Positions 45,925 through 56,700 of a DNA stretch of 64,000 nucleotides are shown in pieces. Position numbers and translations under genes: made by a program. Numbering within the stretch: position 1 is the first letter of the stretch; every line of letters starts with the position of its first letter. The notes under the pieces were generated by a model. It ran no database searches. It worked only from the letters and a program-made list of their open reading frames with translations, and had not been told where the DNA came from. Source of the stretch: a virus; the IMG/VR virus record IMGVR_UViG_3300050015_000276, positions 32,001 to 96,000 of that record. One strand, given 5' to 3'.

Positions 45925-46509
45925 ATGCCAAGAAGTATTACGGGGTTTCGCTCGCAATTAGTTGGAAGCGGCGCAAGACCTAATTTATTCCAAATTTCCA
46001 TGACCTTTCCCTTGCTTGTTCCGATTGCTTCGGCAGCCGGGTTAGTCACATTCATGGCAGAATCTACATCGATTCCAGCAGATAAATTAGGTGAAATCGA
46101 AGTTCCCTACATGGGACGTAAGATTTATTACCCAGGTGATCGTGAATTTGATCCTTGGACAATTACAGTAATGAATGATGAAAACTTTGCTATCCGCGAT
46201 GCATTCGAATTATGGATGTCATCCCTGAATCAACACGAAGGTAATATCCGAGATTCAGCCGCGGCCGTTCCTGCGGGATATACAACCAATGCGATTGTGC
46301 AACAGTTCTCTAAGTTAGATTTACCACCATTAAAGCAATATGAGATGGTGTCTTTCTTCCCAACAGAATTGGGTGCAATTGAATTGGATTGGGGAACAAA
46401 CAACACCATTGAGAAATTTCAAGTAACTCTGCGTTATCAGTGGTGGAATGCTATTGGGCAATTTGGTCCTACAACTGATGGTGGGGCCGGAATATCATTG
46501 AATCCATAA
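45925..46509 (+). CDS. gp19: Tail tube protein gp19
   Basis: GARPNLF, VPYMGR....GDR.F..WTITV.NDE.F.IR..FE.W and IE.F.VT motifs. Confidence 0.95.
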   Translation: MPRSITGFRSQLVGSGARPNLFQISMTFPLLVPIASAAGLVTFMAESTSIPADKLGEIEVPYMGRKIYYPGDREFDPWTITVMNDENFAIRDAFELWMSSLNQHEGNIRDSAAAVPAGYTTNAIVQQFSKLDLPPLKQYEMVSFFPTELGAIELDWGTNNTIEKFQVTLRYQWWNAIGQFGPTTDGGAGISLNP

Positions 46510-46578
46510 TCCAAAACTCATATAAATATTATCGCGCAATGAGGAGCTTCGGCTCCTCTATTCGCGGTTAGGAATATA

Positions 46579-47286
46579 ATGGAATATTATACGTATATTT
46601 GGTATCGAACAGATAAAGAAAAACCTGAACCATTTTATGTTGGAAAAGGTAAAGGAAAGAGATTCGAGAAATACCACAATAAACATTTTGACAATATTGT
46701 GAAGAAACATGAAAAATTAGGAATTAAACCTCTTGTAGGTTTTTATTATAAAGGTCCGTCGGAAGAAATGGCATATAAAAACGAAATGGCATTAATTGCA
46801 AAATTCGGAAGAAAATGTTTGGGTACTGGGCCTTTAATTAATTTAACTGAAGGAGGAGAAGGTGGTTGTCCTTCAGGTGATCAACATTGGAATTATGGTA
46901 AAAAAGCTTCTAAGGAAATGCGAAAAAAATTAAGTTTGGCGCATCTAGGTATTAAACCTTCTGAAGATTCAAAGAAAAAGAATAGTGAATCTAATAAAGG
47001 CAAACATAATTTTAAACACACTAAAGAATCTATAGAAAAAATGAGCCGAAACCGAAAGGGTATTGAAGCTTGGAATAAAGGTAAAACCTCTGAAGTTATT
47101 TCTAATGTTAAATCTCAAAATTGGGTAGTTATTTTTCCTGATAGTCACGAAGAACAAATTAAAAATCTAACAAAATTTTGTAAAGAATATAAATTAAATC
47201 AAGGAAAAATGAGTTCAGTTGCTTCAGGAAAAAGAAAGCAACATAAAGGATTTAAATGCAAAAAACTTGAGGTGATCGATGCCTAA
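46579..47286 (+). CDS. GIY-YIG (Seg-like) homing endonuclease with NUMOD3
   Basis: YYTYIW...PFYVGKG, G.L.NLT.GGEG motifs; late promoter at 46521. Confidence 0.88.
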   Translation: MEYYTYIWYRTDKEKPEPFYVGKGKGKRFEKYHNKHFDNIVKKHEKLGIKPLVGFYYKGPSEEMAYKNEMALIAKFGRKCLGTGPLINLTEGGEGGCPSGDQHWNYGKKASKEMRKKLSLAHLGIKPSEDSKKKNSESNKGKHNFKHTKESIEKMSRNRKGIEAWNKGKTSEVISNVKSQNWVVIFPDSHEEQIKNLTKFCKEYKLNQGKMSSVASGKRKQHKGFKCKKLEVIDA

Positions 47287-48862
47287 TAAATTTTTAACTG
47301 AGGCCTTTAAATTACTCGGGTTCCAAATAGGCGATAAGGATCCTGTCCAAAAGTTTAAATCATTTGCCATACCTGCTAATCTCGATGGTGCAAGTCAGAT
47401 TGCATCCGGCGGAATTTATGGAACTTATGTGGATTTAGAGGGCACGGCAAAGAATGAAGCTGAACTTATTACCAGATACCGTGATATGGCAATGCAGCCT
47501 GAATGCGAACAGGCTATTGAAGATATCATAACTGATGCCATCGTACAAGAAGATAATCGTCCAGCAGTCCAAGTAAACCTCGAACAACTTGATGAACCTG
47601 AATCCATTAAAACCGACATTCGGGAATCTTTTGATGAAATTCAAAAACTTTTAAATTTTTCTGAAGATGCAATGGAAATATTTCGGCGCTGGTATGTTGA
47701 TGGACGATTATTCTACCATATTATGGTAGATGAAGAATCTCCGAGCGACGGTATTAAAGAACTTCGTTATTTAGATCCTCGTAGAGTCCGTAAAATTCGA
47801 GAAATTAAAAAGAAACTTGGAGAAGGTGGTGTTGAAGTTATTGATGCCATTCTCGAATATTATCTCTACAATGAACGTGGAATTGTAAACGTAGAATCCA
47901 CAACAGCCGTTGGTGTTAAAATTGCACCAGATTCTATTTGCTATGTACATTCTGGACAAATTGATAGTACAAGAAATATGGTTGTTAGCTACTTACACAA
48001 AGCTATTAAACCCCTAAATCAATTACGTGCGATGGAAGATGCTCATGTAATTTATCGTCTTAGCCGTGCCGCAGAACGCCGCGTATTTTATATCGATGTT
48101 GGTAATATGCCAACCAATCGCGCGGAACAATATATTAAAATGATTATGAATGATTTTAGAAATAAACTCGTTTATGATTCAAATACTGGTGAAGTTCGAG
48201 ACGATAAGAAATTCCTTTCAATGCAAGAGGACTTTTTCCTACCAAGACGTGAAGGTGGCAAAGGAACTGAAGTAACAACATTACCAGCCGGAACAAATCT
48301 CGGCCAAATTGAAGATATTATGTACTTCCAAGAACGGTTGTACAAAGCGTTGCATGTTCCGACATCAAGATTAAAATCTGATGGTGGTCTTGGTATGGGT
48401 CGAGAAGCTGAAATTTCACGCGACGAAGTTAAATTCTCCAGATTTATTACAAAACTTCGTAAGAGATTTGACCACGTATTCAAAGAATTATTGAAGATTC
48501 AGTTGATATTGAAACAAGTAATCGTCCTTGATGATTGGGATAGATTCCGTGAAAATATAACATTTGATTATGCCAAAGATTCAGTATTTACGGAAGCCAA
48601 ACAACAACAAATTTGGATGACTCGTTTGCAATTATTGCAGATGTTTGATCCAAATACTGAACCTGTGGGAACTTATGTTTCTAGAGAATGGGTAAAGAAA
48701 AATGTGCTTTCTCAAACTGACGAAGAAATTGAATTGATGGAAAAGCAAATGAAAGTAGAAGCCCCCGCAATCGAGGATGAAAAAGAAAAAGCCGCGGCTC
48801 TAGAAACCGGCACATTCTTTGAACCACCTGAACCAAAAAAGAAATCAGGAGATAAAAAATAA
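47279..48862 (+). CDS. gp20: Portal protein gp20
   Basis: FRRWYVDGRLFYH, SYLHKAIKPLNQLR.MED and QEDFFLPRREGGKGTEVTTLP motifs. Confidence 0.96.
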   Translation: MPNKFLTEAFKLLGFQIGDKDPVQKFKSFAIPANLDGASQIASGGIYGTYVDLEGTAKNEAELITRYRDMAMQPECEQAIEDIITDAIVQEDNRPAVQVNLEQLDEPESIKTDIRESFDEIQKLLNFSEDAMEIFRRWYVDGRLFYHIMVDEESPSDGIKELRYLDPRRVRKIREIKKKLGEGGVEVIDAILEYYLYNERGIVNVESTTAVGVKIAPDSICYVHSGQIDSTRNMVVSYLHKAIKPLNQLRAMEDAHVIYRLSRAAERRVFYIDVGNMPTNRAEQYIKMIMNDFRNKLVYDSNTGEVRDDKKFLSMQEDFFLPRREGGKGTEVTTLPAGTNLGQIEDIMYFQERLYKALHVPTSRLKSDGGLGMGREAEISRDEVKFSRFITKLRKRFDHVFKELLKIQLILKQVIVLDDWDRFRENITFDYAKDSVFTEAKQQQIWMTRLQLLQMFDPNTEPVGTYVSREWVKKNVLSQTDEEIELMEKQMKVEAPAIEDEKEKAAALETGTFFEPPEPKKKSGDKK

Positions 48863-49032
48863 TGCCTATTAAAGTTTATGGAGCTACCGCAGCGCACGTT
48901 TTAAAAAATCAGCCTGTGAGGCCCACACCAATACCTAAAGTACCAGCATTAAAGGCTGGAATTGTAGAATTGAAACAAGAAATTGAAATCCCAGTTTTGG
49001 AGTCTGAAAATGTCAAACCAAAGAGTAAATAA
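48862..49032 (+). CDS. Small protein (not in ORF track)
   Basis: MPIKVYGATAAH..., 56 aa, TAATG-coupled to gp20. Confidence 0.5.
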   Translation: MPIKVYGATAAHVLKNQPVRPTPIPKVPALKAGIVELKQEIEIPVLESENVKPKSK

Positions 49033-49642
49033 AATTGTTCTATCTTGTGAAAGTAGAGATCCAGAACAATTAGTAAAATCTGTAAATTTAGCATTAACTG
49101 AAAAAGTTATTGGCGCTTTACAGAATAAAAAAGCTACTATTGGTAAAAGTTTATTGGAGCATACAGGCTGCAAATCGGAAACTGATAATTACGAATCTTA
49201 TGAGCCTAAGGTCCAAGAAGCTATAGACTATGTTGTAGAAAGTATTCTAGAAAGTGAATTGGAATTAGAAAATACTATCTGTATAGCCTCAAAGCAATAT
49301 GCCGTTAAAGAAGAATCATTACGAGAATATTTTGATAGTTTATTAGAATCTGGAAGAACAGAGACACAAGTAGTTAGTACATCTTCCGACGACCACGATG
49401 AAAAAGGTGGAGTGAGAGATGACGAAGACACAAACAAACGTGTCCGATATGAATCGGCTACTCTCACATTTAAAGATGGCAAAACAATGGTAATTAAAGA
49501 AGGATTTTGGGAAAATAATATTGATCCAGTAATGCAACAATTATCAAAAGAAAATAAAAATTCTCTTATGGCATTATTGACTAGTAATAAAGCTGGTTTT
49601 ATGAAAGCTGTAGAATACTGTCATAAAGTTGCTTTAGTATAA
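49010..49642 (+). CDS. Putative prohead core protein
   Basis: Acidic and helical, located between gp20 and gp21. Confidence 0.5.
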   Translation: MSNQRVNKIVLSCESRDPEQLVKSVNLALTEKVIGALQNKKATIGKSLLEHTGCKSETDNYESYEPKVQEAIDYVVESILESELELENTICIASKQYAVKEESLREYFDSLLESGRTETQVVSTSSDDHDEKGGVRDDEDTNKRVRYESATLTFKDGKTMVIKEGFWENNIDPVMQQLSKENKNSLMALLTSNKAGFMKAVEYCHKVALV

Positions 49643-49659
49643 ATATAAATGGAGACACC

Positions 49660-49896
49660 ATGCCACTAAGAAATATTGTCAATGCTATCGAACATAAGCA
49701 ATCTTTACAGGCCACAGAACTTTTAGAAAAAACTCTTTATATTAAAGCTGGTGTTTTTCTTGAAGAAAAGAAAAAACAAGTGGCCGCCAAAACTTGGCCT
49801 GCTCATAATATTAATGAATCTTCCGATAAATTAAAAACAAAAGCCGAACGCCGTAAAGAATTTGCAGAAAAATTAAAAAAGAAAACAAAGAAGTAA
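49660..49896 (+). CDS. Putative prohead core protein (gp67/68-like)
   Basis: Synteny, late promoter at 49638, GGAG SD. Confidence 0.5.
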   Translation: MPLRNIVNAIEHKQSLQATELLEKTLYIKAGVFLEEKKKQVAAKTWPAHNINESSDKLKTKAERRKEFAEKLKKKTKK

Positions 49897-49900
49897 ATCT

Positions 49901-50587
49901 ATGACAACATTCAATGGCGAAAAAGCAGAAATACTAATCGAATCTTGTGAAAATTTCAATTTTTTAACTGAAGAGTTAAATGGTAAGAAATATCATATGG
50001 TTGAAGGTGTGTTTTTGCAACAGGAAATTCCTAACAAAAACCGTCGTAAGTATACGAAGGATGTTATGGAACCAGAAGTAAATCGCTATATCAATGAAAT
50101 GGTTGGAAGAAACCGGGCCGTAGGTGAATTAGGGCATCCTGAAGGACCAACTATTAATCCCGAGCGTGTATCCCATAAAATTATTTCATTAATTCAAGAT
50201 GGTAATAATTATATTGGTAGAGCGAGAGTTTCAAATTCACCATTTGGTAAAATTGTTCAGAATTTTTTGGATGAAGAAATTCAATTCGGTGTTTCTTCTC
50301 GTGGCATCGGCACTTTAAGGCGAGTTAGTGGTATTGACATGGTTCAAAAAGATTTTAGACTTGCCACTGCTGCTGATATAGTTTTAGATCCATCTGCTCC
50401 AGATGCGTTTGTAAGAGGTGTGACAGAAAATAAAGAATATATTTTTGCTGATGGATTAATTCAAGAAGAGAATTTGGAAATGTGGAAAAAAGCAATTAAA
50501 TCTGCTTCTAGTAATAATTTACACGAAACGATATTAAACTCTTACCACGAATTTCTGAATCAACTAGATTTGCAGTTTAAATTCTAA
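49901..50587 (+). CDS. gp21: Prohead protease gp21
   Basis: EGVFLQ....N.NRR.Y, RAVGELGHP, GVSSRG.G and ADIVLDPSAPDAFV motifs. Confidence 0.95.
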   Translation: MTTFNGEKAEILIESCENFNFLTEELNGKKYHMVEGVFLQQEIPNKNRRKYTKDVMEPEVNRYINEMVGRNRAVGELGHPEGPTINPERVSHKIISLIQDGNNYIGRARVSNSPFGKIVQNFLDEEIQFGVSSRGIGTLRRVSGIDMVQKDFRLATAADIVLDPSAPDAFVRGVTENKEYIFADGLIQEENLEMWKKAIKSASSNNLHETILNSYHEFLNQLDLQFKF

Positions 50588-50625
50588 TATTTACTAAATA
50601 TGGATAAGAGATAATAAGGAGAAAT

Positions 50626-51957
50626 ATGACTTTTCAAGAGAAATTAGAAAGGATCCTCAGCGAAGATAAAAAGTCTGTACTAAAAGAGTCCGAAGAAGCT
50701 TATGGCACTCATAGTCCTACTCAGGTTAAACCTGAAAAGGGCCAGGAAGTTACCTCAAGTTTGGATGGTACAGGTAAAATCGACGCCACAGGTCCAATAC
50801 CAACTGGTGCAGAAGCGACATTGAAGACCACACCTGGCGTCTCGGCGTCTGAGGGTCCAACAGGTCATATTCCGCAAAATTCTGATCTTCCACGTAAACA
50901 ATTGGATGGTTTGGGAACTGATAATAAGGCCGCCGGTAAAAATAGTTTACCTCCAACTCCAAAAGTCTATGGACTTCATGAGGAAGAAGATGATGAAAAG
51001 AAAGAAGTAAAAGAAGAGAAGAAAGAACTTCCTCCTTTTATGAAGAAGAAAGAAGTAAAAGAGGAAACTGATGCTGCGAAAACTCTAAAGTCTCCTCCTT
51101 CTGGTGCTGGTGAAAAAGCTGAAAAGTTACAAGTAAAAGAAGAAACAGATCAAGAAGAAGGCGATAAAACCAAATCCAGTATTAAAGAAGAAGAAAAAGA
51201 GCCAGATGATGACAAAGACGACAAAAAAGCGGTAAAAGAAGCCACGGCCGCACTATTTGCCGGTGAAATGATTTCAGAAGTTTTGAGAGAGAAAACTTCA
51301 GTTATTTTTGAAGCTACTTTATCAGCCCGCATTAAAGATATTCGTGAAAAATTAACCCAACGATTTACCAAACAACTTAATGAACGTGTTGAAAAAATCC
51401 GCGAAGATTTAACAGAAGCCGTTAGTGGTCACCTTGATTTAGTAGTTGAGCATTGGGTAAAAGAAAATGAAGTTCCATTAGAGAGAGCAATTAAATCGGA
51501 ACTAGTAGAAGAATTTATTAGTGGTTTAAAAACTCTTTTCGAAGAAAACTACATTGAATTGCCTCAGGAAAAAGTTGATGTTGTTTCCGAAATGGTAACT
51601 CGCATTACTAAACTTGAAACAAGACTCAATGAGCAAATTGAAACAAACGTACAATTAAAGAATGCTGTAAAACTTCATGAGCGTTCGGATGTGTTCGAGA
51701 AAGTAACAAAGGGAATGGTAAGTACTAAAGCTGAAAAGTTAAGAAACTTATCAGAAAGCGTGGAATACAAAAATGCGAAACAATTTGAAACCGCGTTGAC
51801 CACTTTGAAAGAAAGTGTCGATAATTCCACACAAAAGACTGCACCGGCAAAGCAAACTTTGTCAGAGCAAACATTAGAGCAAAGTCCAGATCCTGTAGCT
51901 TCTAATATGATGAGTTCATTGAAAGCAACAGCGGCTCGAATGAAGGAAAATCGGTAA
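50626..51957 (+). CDS. gp22: Prohead scaffold protein gp22
   Basis: IFEA.L, LD.VVE.W..EN...E..IKSEL.E.F..GLK.LF.E.YI motifs. Confidence 0.9.
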   Translation: MTFQEKLERILSEDKKSVLKESEEAYGTHSPTQVKPEKGQEVTSSLDGTGKIDATGPIPTGAEATLKTTPGVSASEGPTGHIPQNSDLPRKQLDGLGTDNKAAGKNSLPPTPKVYGLHEEEDDEKKEVKEEKKELPPFMKKKEVKEETDAAKTLKSPPSGAGEKAEKLQVKEETDQEEGDKTKSSIKEEEKEPDDDKDDKKAVKEATAALFAGEMISEVLREKTSVIFEATLSARIKDIREKLTQRFTKQLNERVEKIREDLTEAVSGHLDLVVEHWVKENEVPLERAIKSELVEEFISGLKTLFEENYIELPQEKVDVVSEMVTRITKLETRLNEQIETNVQLKNAVKLHERSDVFEKVTKGMVSTKAEKLRNLSESVEYKNAKQFETALTTLKESVDNSTQKTAPAKQTLSEQTLEQSPDPVASNMMSSLKATAARMKENR

Positions 51958-52028
51958 AAATTAAGGAAATATAAATAACTCCTGAAGAGTTAAATATATT
52001 ATCCATTTAGAGAATTTAAGGAGAATAC

Positions 52029-53381
52029 ATGATTACCACAGATAAGCTCGTTGACAAATGGGCCGAGGTTCTTGACGACGAAAATTTTGGCAAATTGACT
52101 AATCGCCACAAACGCCGTGTAGTTGCGACGGTTATGGAGAATCAGCAAGTTGAGTTTGAAAAGACTCGCCAAATTCTTTCAGAGTCCGCTCCAACCCTTA
52201 GTACAGGTGCTGGAATTGCAAACTTTGACCCCATTCTAATTTCATTGGTACGCCGGGCTATGCCCAACTTGATTGCTTATGATGTTTGCGGTGTTCAACC
52301 AATGGTTGGACCAACCGGACTCATTTTCGCAATGAAATCGCGTTATCAATCCAAACAAGGTACAGAAGCTCTATTCAATGAAGCGAATACCGCTTTCACT
52401 GGACAAGATCCTAATGGACCTTATGGCCAAACTTGGGGTGCGCCAAATTCAACCGGTGCAACACAAACATTCTCAGGTGCAACACCTCATGCCGGTACTG
52501 ATCCTGTAGCAACTGGATTTCCTCCAACCGCTTCTGGTTATACAACTGGCCGTGCGATGCGTACTCAAGAAGCCGAAGCATTAGGCGATGGTGTGGGAGC
52601 AGACTTTAATCAAATGGCATTCAGCATTGATAAAATTTCTGTCGAAGCAAAGACCCGTGCATTAAAAGCTGAGTATTCTGTAGAAGTTGCTCAAGACTTA
52701 AAAGCTATCCATGGTCTTGATGCCGAAACCGAATTAGCTAATATTCTTTCCGCTGAAATCTTAACCGAAATCAATAGAGAGATTATCCGCACAATCTATT
52801 ATATTGCTGTCCCTGGCGCCGCACAAACTACAAATCCTGGTGTGTTTGACTTGGATGTAGATGCAAATGGTCGTTGGTCAGTTGAGAAGTTTAAGGGTTT
52901 GATGTTCCAAGTGGAACGCGAAGCCAATGCGATTGCGAAGGCTACACGTAGAGGCCGTGGGAATGTTATCATCTGTTCTAGTGACGTGGCAAGCGCATTA
53001 GTAATGGCTGGTAAATTAGATTATACTCCTGCGCTTCAGAATGATTTAACTGTTGACGATACTGGCAATACCTTTGCTGGTGTATTAAATGGTAGATTCC
53101 GCGTATATATCGATCCTTACTTCGGTAATGGTGGTGTTAATGAGGAATTCTTATTGGTAGGATATAAGGGCGCCAATGCATACGACGCGGGCCTTTTTTA
53201 TTGTCCGTATGTACCCCTACAATTATTCCGCGCTCAGGATCCACACAGCTTCCAGCCAAAAATTGCATTCAAAACCCGTTACGCAGTTGCTCCAAATCCA
53301 TTCTGGTCGGATGCTAATGCCACTCTTCAAGCTAATAGTTCCGCTTATTATAGAATGATCCGAATTATAAATCTTCTATAA
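52029..53381 (+). CDS. gp23: Major capsid protein gp23
   Basis: ISLVRRAMPNLIAYDVCGVQPM.GPTGLIFAM, LKAEYS.E.AQDLKAIHG and FYCPYVPL motifs. Confidence 0.97.
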   Translation: MITTDKLVDKWAEVLDDENFGKLTNRHKRRVVATVMENQQVEFEKTRQILSESAPTLSTGAGIANFDPILISLVRRAMPNLIAYDVCGVQPMVGPTGLIFAMKSRYQSKQGTEALFNEANTAFTGQDPNGPYGQTWGAPNSTGATQTFSGATPHAGTDPVATGFPPTASGYTTGRAMRTQEAEALGDGVGADFNQMAFSIDKISVEAKTRALKAEYSVEVAQDLKAIHGLDAETELANILSAEILTEINREIIRTIYYIAVPGAAQTTNPGVFDLDVDANGRWSVEKFKGLMFQVEREANAIAKATRRGRGNVIICSSDVASALVMAGKLDYTPALQNDLTVDDTGNTFAGVLNGRFRVYIDPYFGNGGVNEEFLLVGYKGANAYDAGLFYCPYVPLQLFRAQDPHSFQPKIAFKTRYAVAPNPFWSDANATLQANSSAYYRMIRIINLL

Positions 53382-53408
53382 TCAGTAACTTACAGATATT
53401 TCTTTCGA

Positions 53409-53440
53409 AAGGGGAAACCTTTTGGTTTCCCCTTCTTTTT
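53409..53440 (+). terminator. Intrinsic terminator after gp23
   Basis: AAGGGGAAACC-TTTT-GGTTTCCCCTT followed by a T run. Confidence 0.85.
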
Positions 53441-53556
53441 GATTAATATCAATTGAAGTCAAACATACAAAACCAACATAAAATCAAGTTCTTTTTGAAT
53501 TTTCTTGTTATTCATCCCACGATATGCTATAATCTAAATATGAGTAACACAATCAA

Positions 53557-54207
53557 ATGCAACCAAACATACAAAACTCATTCTTAAATAACAAATACAC
53601 TAAAACTTACATTCGTATCACAGAACGTGCCAAGGACAGGATAATTCCTTTTGGTTACACCGAAAAACATCATATAATTCCAAAATGTAAACCATTTTGT
53701 GGACCAAACACAAAAGAAAATCTGGTCTCCTTATCATTCAAAGAACATTTGGTCTGTCATCATCTGTTACTGAAAATGTGTAAAACAAAATTAGAGAAAA
53801 TGAAAATGTATTATGCATTTAACCGAATGGGGCAAACAAGTTCAAATAATAAAAGGATTATTAATCTTAAATCTTATGACAGAATTAAGACTTATTATTA
53901 TGAATTAGGTTTAGGACGAATACCTTGGAATAAAGGTAAAAAAGGTAATAACCTTAAAAAAGAAACATGTATAAAAATGTCTTTGAGCAGAATTGGAAAT
54001 AAAAATAATTTAGGAAATTTTTGGTCTAAAGAAACTTATAACAAAAATTGTTGCAATTATAAAATAACTTTTCCCGACGGACACACCGAAATTGTAAATA
54101 ATTTGAGGCAGTTTTGTAAATATAATAATTTAAATTCAGGAAATATGAATCAAGTAGCTTTAGGTAATTTTAAACAACATAAAGGTTTTAAAGCCACCAA
54201 ATTATGA
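53557..54207 (+). CDS. HNH homing endonuclease (paralog of 36664)
   Basis: EKHHIIPKCKP.CGPNT.ENLV.L.FKEH.VCHHLL motif. Confidence 0.88.
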   Translation: MQPNIQNSFLNNKYTKTYIRITERAKDRIIPFGYTEKHHIIPKCKPFCGPNTKENLVSLSFKEHLVCHHLLLKMCKTKLEKMKMYYAFNRMGQTSSNNKRIINLKSYDRIKTYYYELGLGRIPWNKGKKGNNLKKETCIKMSLSRIGNKNNLGNFWSKETYNKNCCNYKITFPDGHTEIVNNLRQFCKYNNLNSGNMNQVALGNFKQHKGFKATKL

Positions 54208-55568
54208 GAAGAAAAACAACCCAAGAATTTATTGAACAAGCAGAAAAATTATATCCGGGAAAATATTCTTATAAGAACACCGTTTATATAAAAAATTCTT
54301 CTTTAGTTAAAATACATTGTAACCTACATAATCTAGATTTTGAACAATCACCAGCAAATCATTTAAATTTTGAAGGATGTCCGGAATGTTTTTCTAACGC
54401 TCAACGAATAAAATTTTCCAAAACATCAGAACAATTTATAAAAGACGCTCAGGAAATTCATGGAAATAAATACGACTATTCTAAAACCAAATATAAATCT
54501 ATTTTAGAAAAAGTAGAAGTTATTTGTCCCGAACATGGTTCTTTTTTTGTATATCCGACAAATCATTTGAGAGGATGTGATTGTCAAAAGTGTGGTTATA
54601 ATAAAATTGCCGGAGGTTATTTTAATAAGTTTTTCCAAAAATATCCAGAAAAGAAAAATGAACCCGCAGTTATATATTTTTATAAATTTGAAAGACTAGA
54701 TGGAACTTATTTTTATAAATTAGGTATATCTACAAAAATTAAATATAGATATTCGGATAAACAATACAAAGCATTTAAAATTTCTATTATTTGGGAAGAA
54801 AATATGTCTTTATTCCAAACCTGGAATTATGAAAATATTTTAACTAAACTGTGGGAAAACTATCATTATACTCCACCAGAATCATTTAATGGAAAAACAG
54901 AATGTTATTCTAAAGAATTTTCTAAACCAAATTTTATTAATATATTTGATCATGAGTGGGAAAAGAAGAAAGAAATTATAATATCCAGATTTAATATCAA
55001 AAATCAAATAAACCAAAATATTATTCAAAAAATTCCTGCCAGAAAAACCACAATAAAAATAATTAATAAGACTGAGGCTTATAATTTTTTAGAACAAACA
55101 CATATTCAAGGATCTGTTAATTGTTCTATAGCTATAGGATTATATTTTAAAGAAAAATTAGTTTCTATAATGACTTTTGGTAAACCAAGATATTCTAAAT
55201 ATGACTGGGAATTATTACGTTTTTCGTCTGCACTAAATACTATTGTTGTTGGTGGTGCTTCTAGATTATTTCATTTTTTTACAAACGAATTTCATCCAAA
55301 AAATGTCATTTCGTATTCAGATAACAGATGGAATAAAGGAAATATATACGAAACTATTGGAATGAAATTTCTTCATAATTCTGATCCGAATTATTGGTAT
55401 ATTAAAGACGATAAGATATACTCAAGAATAAAATGTCAAAAACATAAATTACCAAAATTATTGGAAAATTTCAATCCAAACCAAACAGAATTACAAAACA
55501 TGACAAATAATGGTTTTAAAAAGGTAATTGATAATGGTAATAGTGTCTTCTTATTTGAAAATTCTTAA
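54204..55568 (+). CDS. Multi-domain putative homing endonuclease
   Basis: Two DUF723-like C..H...F...P.NHL..GC..C repeats, a central Y.Y...YKLGIS segment and a C-terminal Hef-like region (PARK..., ELLRF...VGGASRLF, SYSD.RW). Confidence 0.7.
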   Translation: MRRKTTQEFIEQAEKLYPGKYSYKNTVYIKNSSLVKIHCNLHNLDFEQSPANHLNFEGCPECFSNAQRIKFSKTSEQFIKDAQEIHGNKYDYSKTKYKSILEKVEVICPEHGSFFVYPTNHLRGCDCQKCGYNKIAGGYFNKFFQKYPEKKNEPAVIYFYKFERLDGTYFYKLGISTKIKYRYSDKQYKAFKISIIWEENMSLFQTWNYENILTKLWENYHYTPPESFNGKTECYSKEFSKPNFINIFDHEWEKKKEIIISRFNIKNQINQNIIQKIPARKTTIKIINKTEAYNFLEQTHIQGSVNCSIAIGLYFKEKLVSIMTFGKPRYSKYDWELLRFSSALNTIVVGGASRLFHFFTNEFHPKNVISYSDNRWNKGNIYETIGMKFLHNSDPNYWYIKDDKIYSRIKCQKHKLPKLLENFNPNQTELQNMTNNGFKKVIDNGNSVFLFENS

Positions 55569-55611
55569 ATTTAAAATAACTCTAAATATTCTCAGAGGTT
55601 CGCCAAGTCAA

Positions 55612-56676
55612 ATGTTCAAAAAGATCTGGTATAAAATGTTGAAAAAACCTTTACCTAAAATTCCAAAAGTCTTAATAACTTTCAAACATCCAAAAACCGA
55701 TTTACCTACAGCTTGTCACGAAGGATTAGGAGTAACAGCATTACACCTAACAATGTCATTAAGAGAAATAAATGTTAATGTTGATTGTTTTCCTATTTCT
55801 AATGGCGAATTTCTCTGGAAAAAATTATTAAAAGAGTGGGCCTCATATACTCATGTTGTTATGTGCGCTCCTTTTATAGATTCTGTTTTCATAGAGAAGC
55901 TAGTATCTAATTTTCCTTCAATAAATTTCACTATCGTTTATCATTCTAATTTAGGATTCTTAAGCCAAGATCGTTTTGCAGTTTCTTCTTTACTTCCATT
56001 TTTTGAAATCGAATCAAAATATCCAAATTTTAGAGTAGGAACAAATTCAGAAGAATTCTCAAATGCTATTGAGCAGGCGTCAAATCGGAAATTCCTTTAT
56101 TTGCCAAATCTTATTCATTTGCCTTATGGTGTAAGGCGCCAACGCCCCAAAAACAAATCAAATGTAATTCATGTTGGTTTATTTGGAGCTTCTAGAGTAT
56201 TAAAAAATTGGTTAACGGCAACTGTGGCTGTTATGATTATTGCCAATAAAACAAAGAAACAAATAGTATTTCATGTATCTAGTAAACGAGATGAAGGTGC
56301 ACTCCATACTCGGTCAAATATGACAGATTTATTAAAATTGAATACTCATGTTAGTTTGGTAGATGTTCCTTGGTTAGATCATGATGATTTCATTCGTTAT
56401 TTATATTCAATGGATCTTTTATTACAGCCTAGTTTTACTGAAACATTCAATAATGTGACGGCCGAAGGATGTCTTTGTGGTGTGCCCAGTGTGGTTTCTG
56501 AAGCTATATTTTGGGTTCCTGATACTTGGAAAACAAATGCTGATAGTGCGGTAGATATTGCAAATGTAGGTATAAAATTACTAAACGACAAATCAGCTAA
56601 TTTAGATGGTTGGAAAGCATTAAATAATTACAATAAAAAATCTGAAAAGCAATGGTTAACCTGGATTAATTCTTAA
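55612..56676 (+). CDS. GT-B fold glycosyltransferase (GT4-like)
   Basis: DLLLQPSFTETFNNVTAE (EX7E motif) followed by GVPSVVS. Confidence 0.8.
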   Translation: MFKKIWYKMLKKPLPKIPKVLITFKHPKTDLPTACHEGLGVTALHLTMSLREINVNVDCFPISNGEFLWKKLLKEWASYTHVVMCAPFIDSVFIEKLVSNFPSINFTIVYHSNLGFLSQDRFAVSSLLPFFEIESKYPNFRVGTNSEEFSNAIEQASNRKFLYLPNLIHLPYGVRRQRPKNKSNVIHVGLFGASRVLKNWLTATVAVMIIANKTKKQIVFHVSSKRDEGALHTRSNMTDLLKLNTHVSLVDVPWLDHDDFIRYLYSMDLLLQPSFTETFNNVTAEGCLCGVPSVVSEAIFWVPDTWKTNADSAVDIANVGIKLLNDKSANLDGWKALNNYNKKSEKQWLTWINS

Positions 56677-56700
56677 GTTTTAATTCATATAAATACCTTT

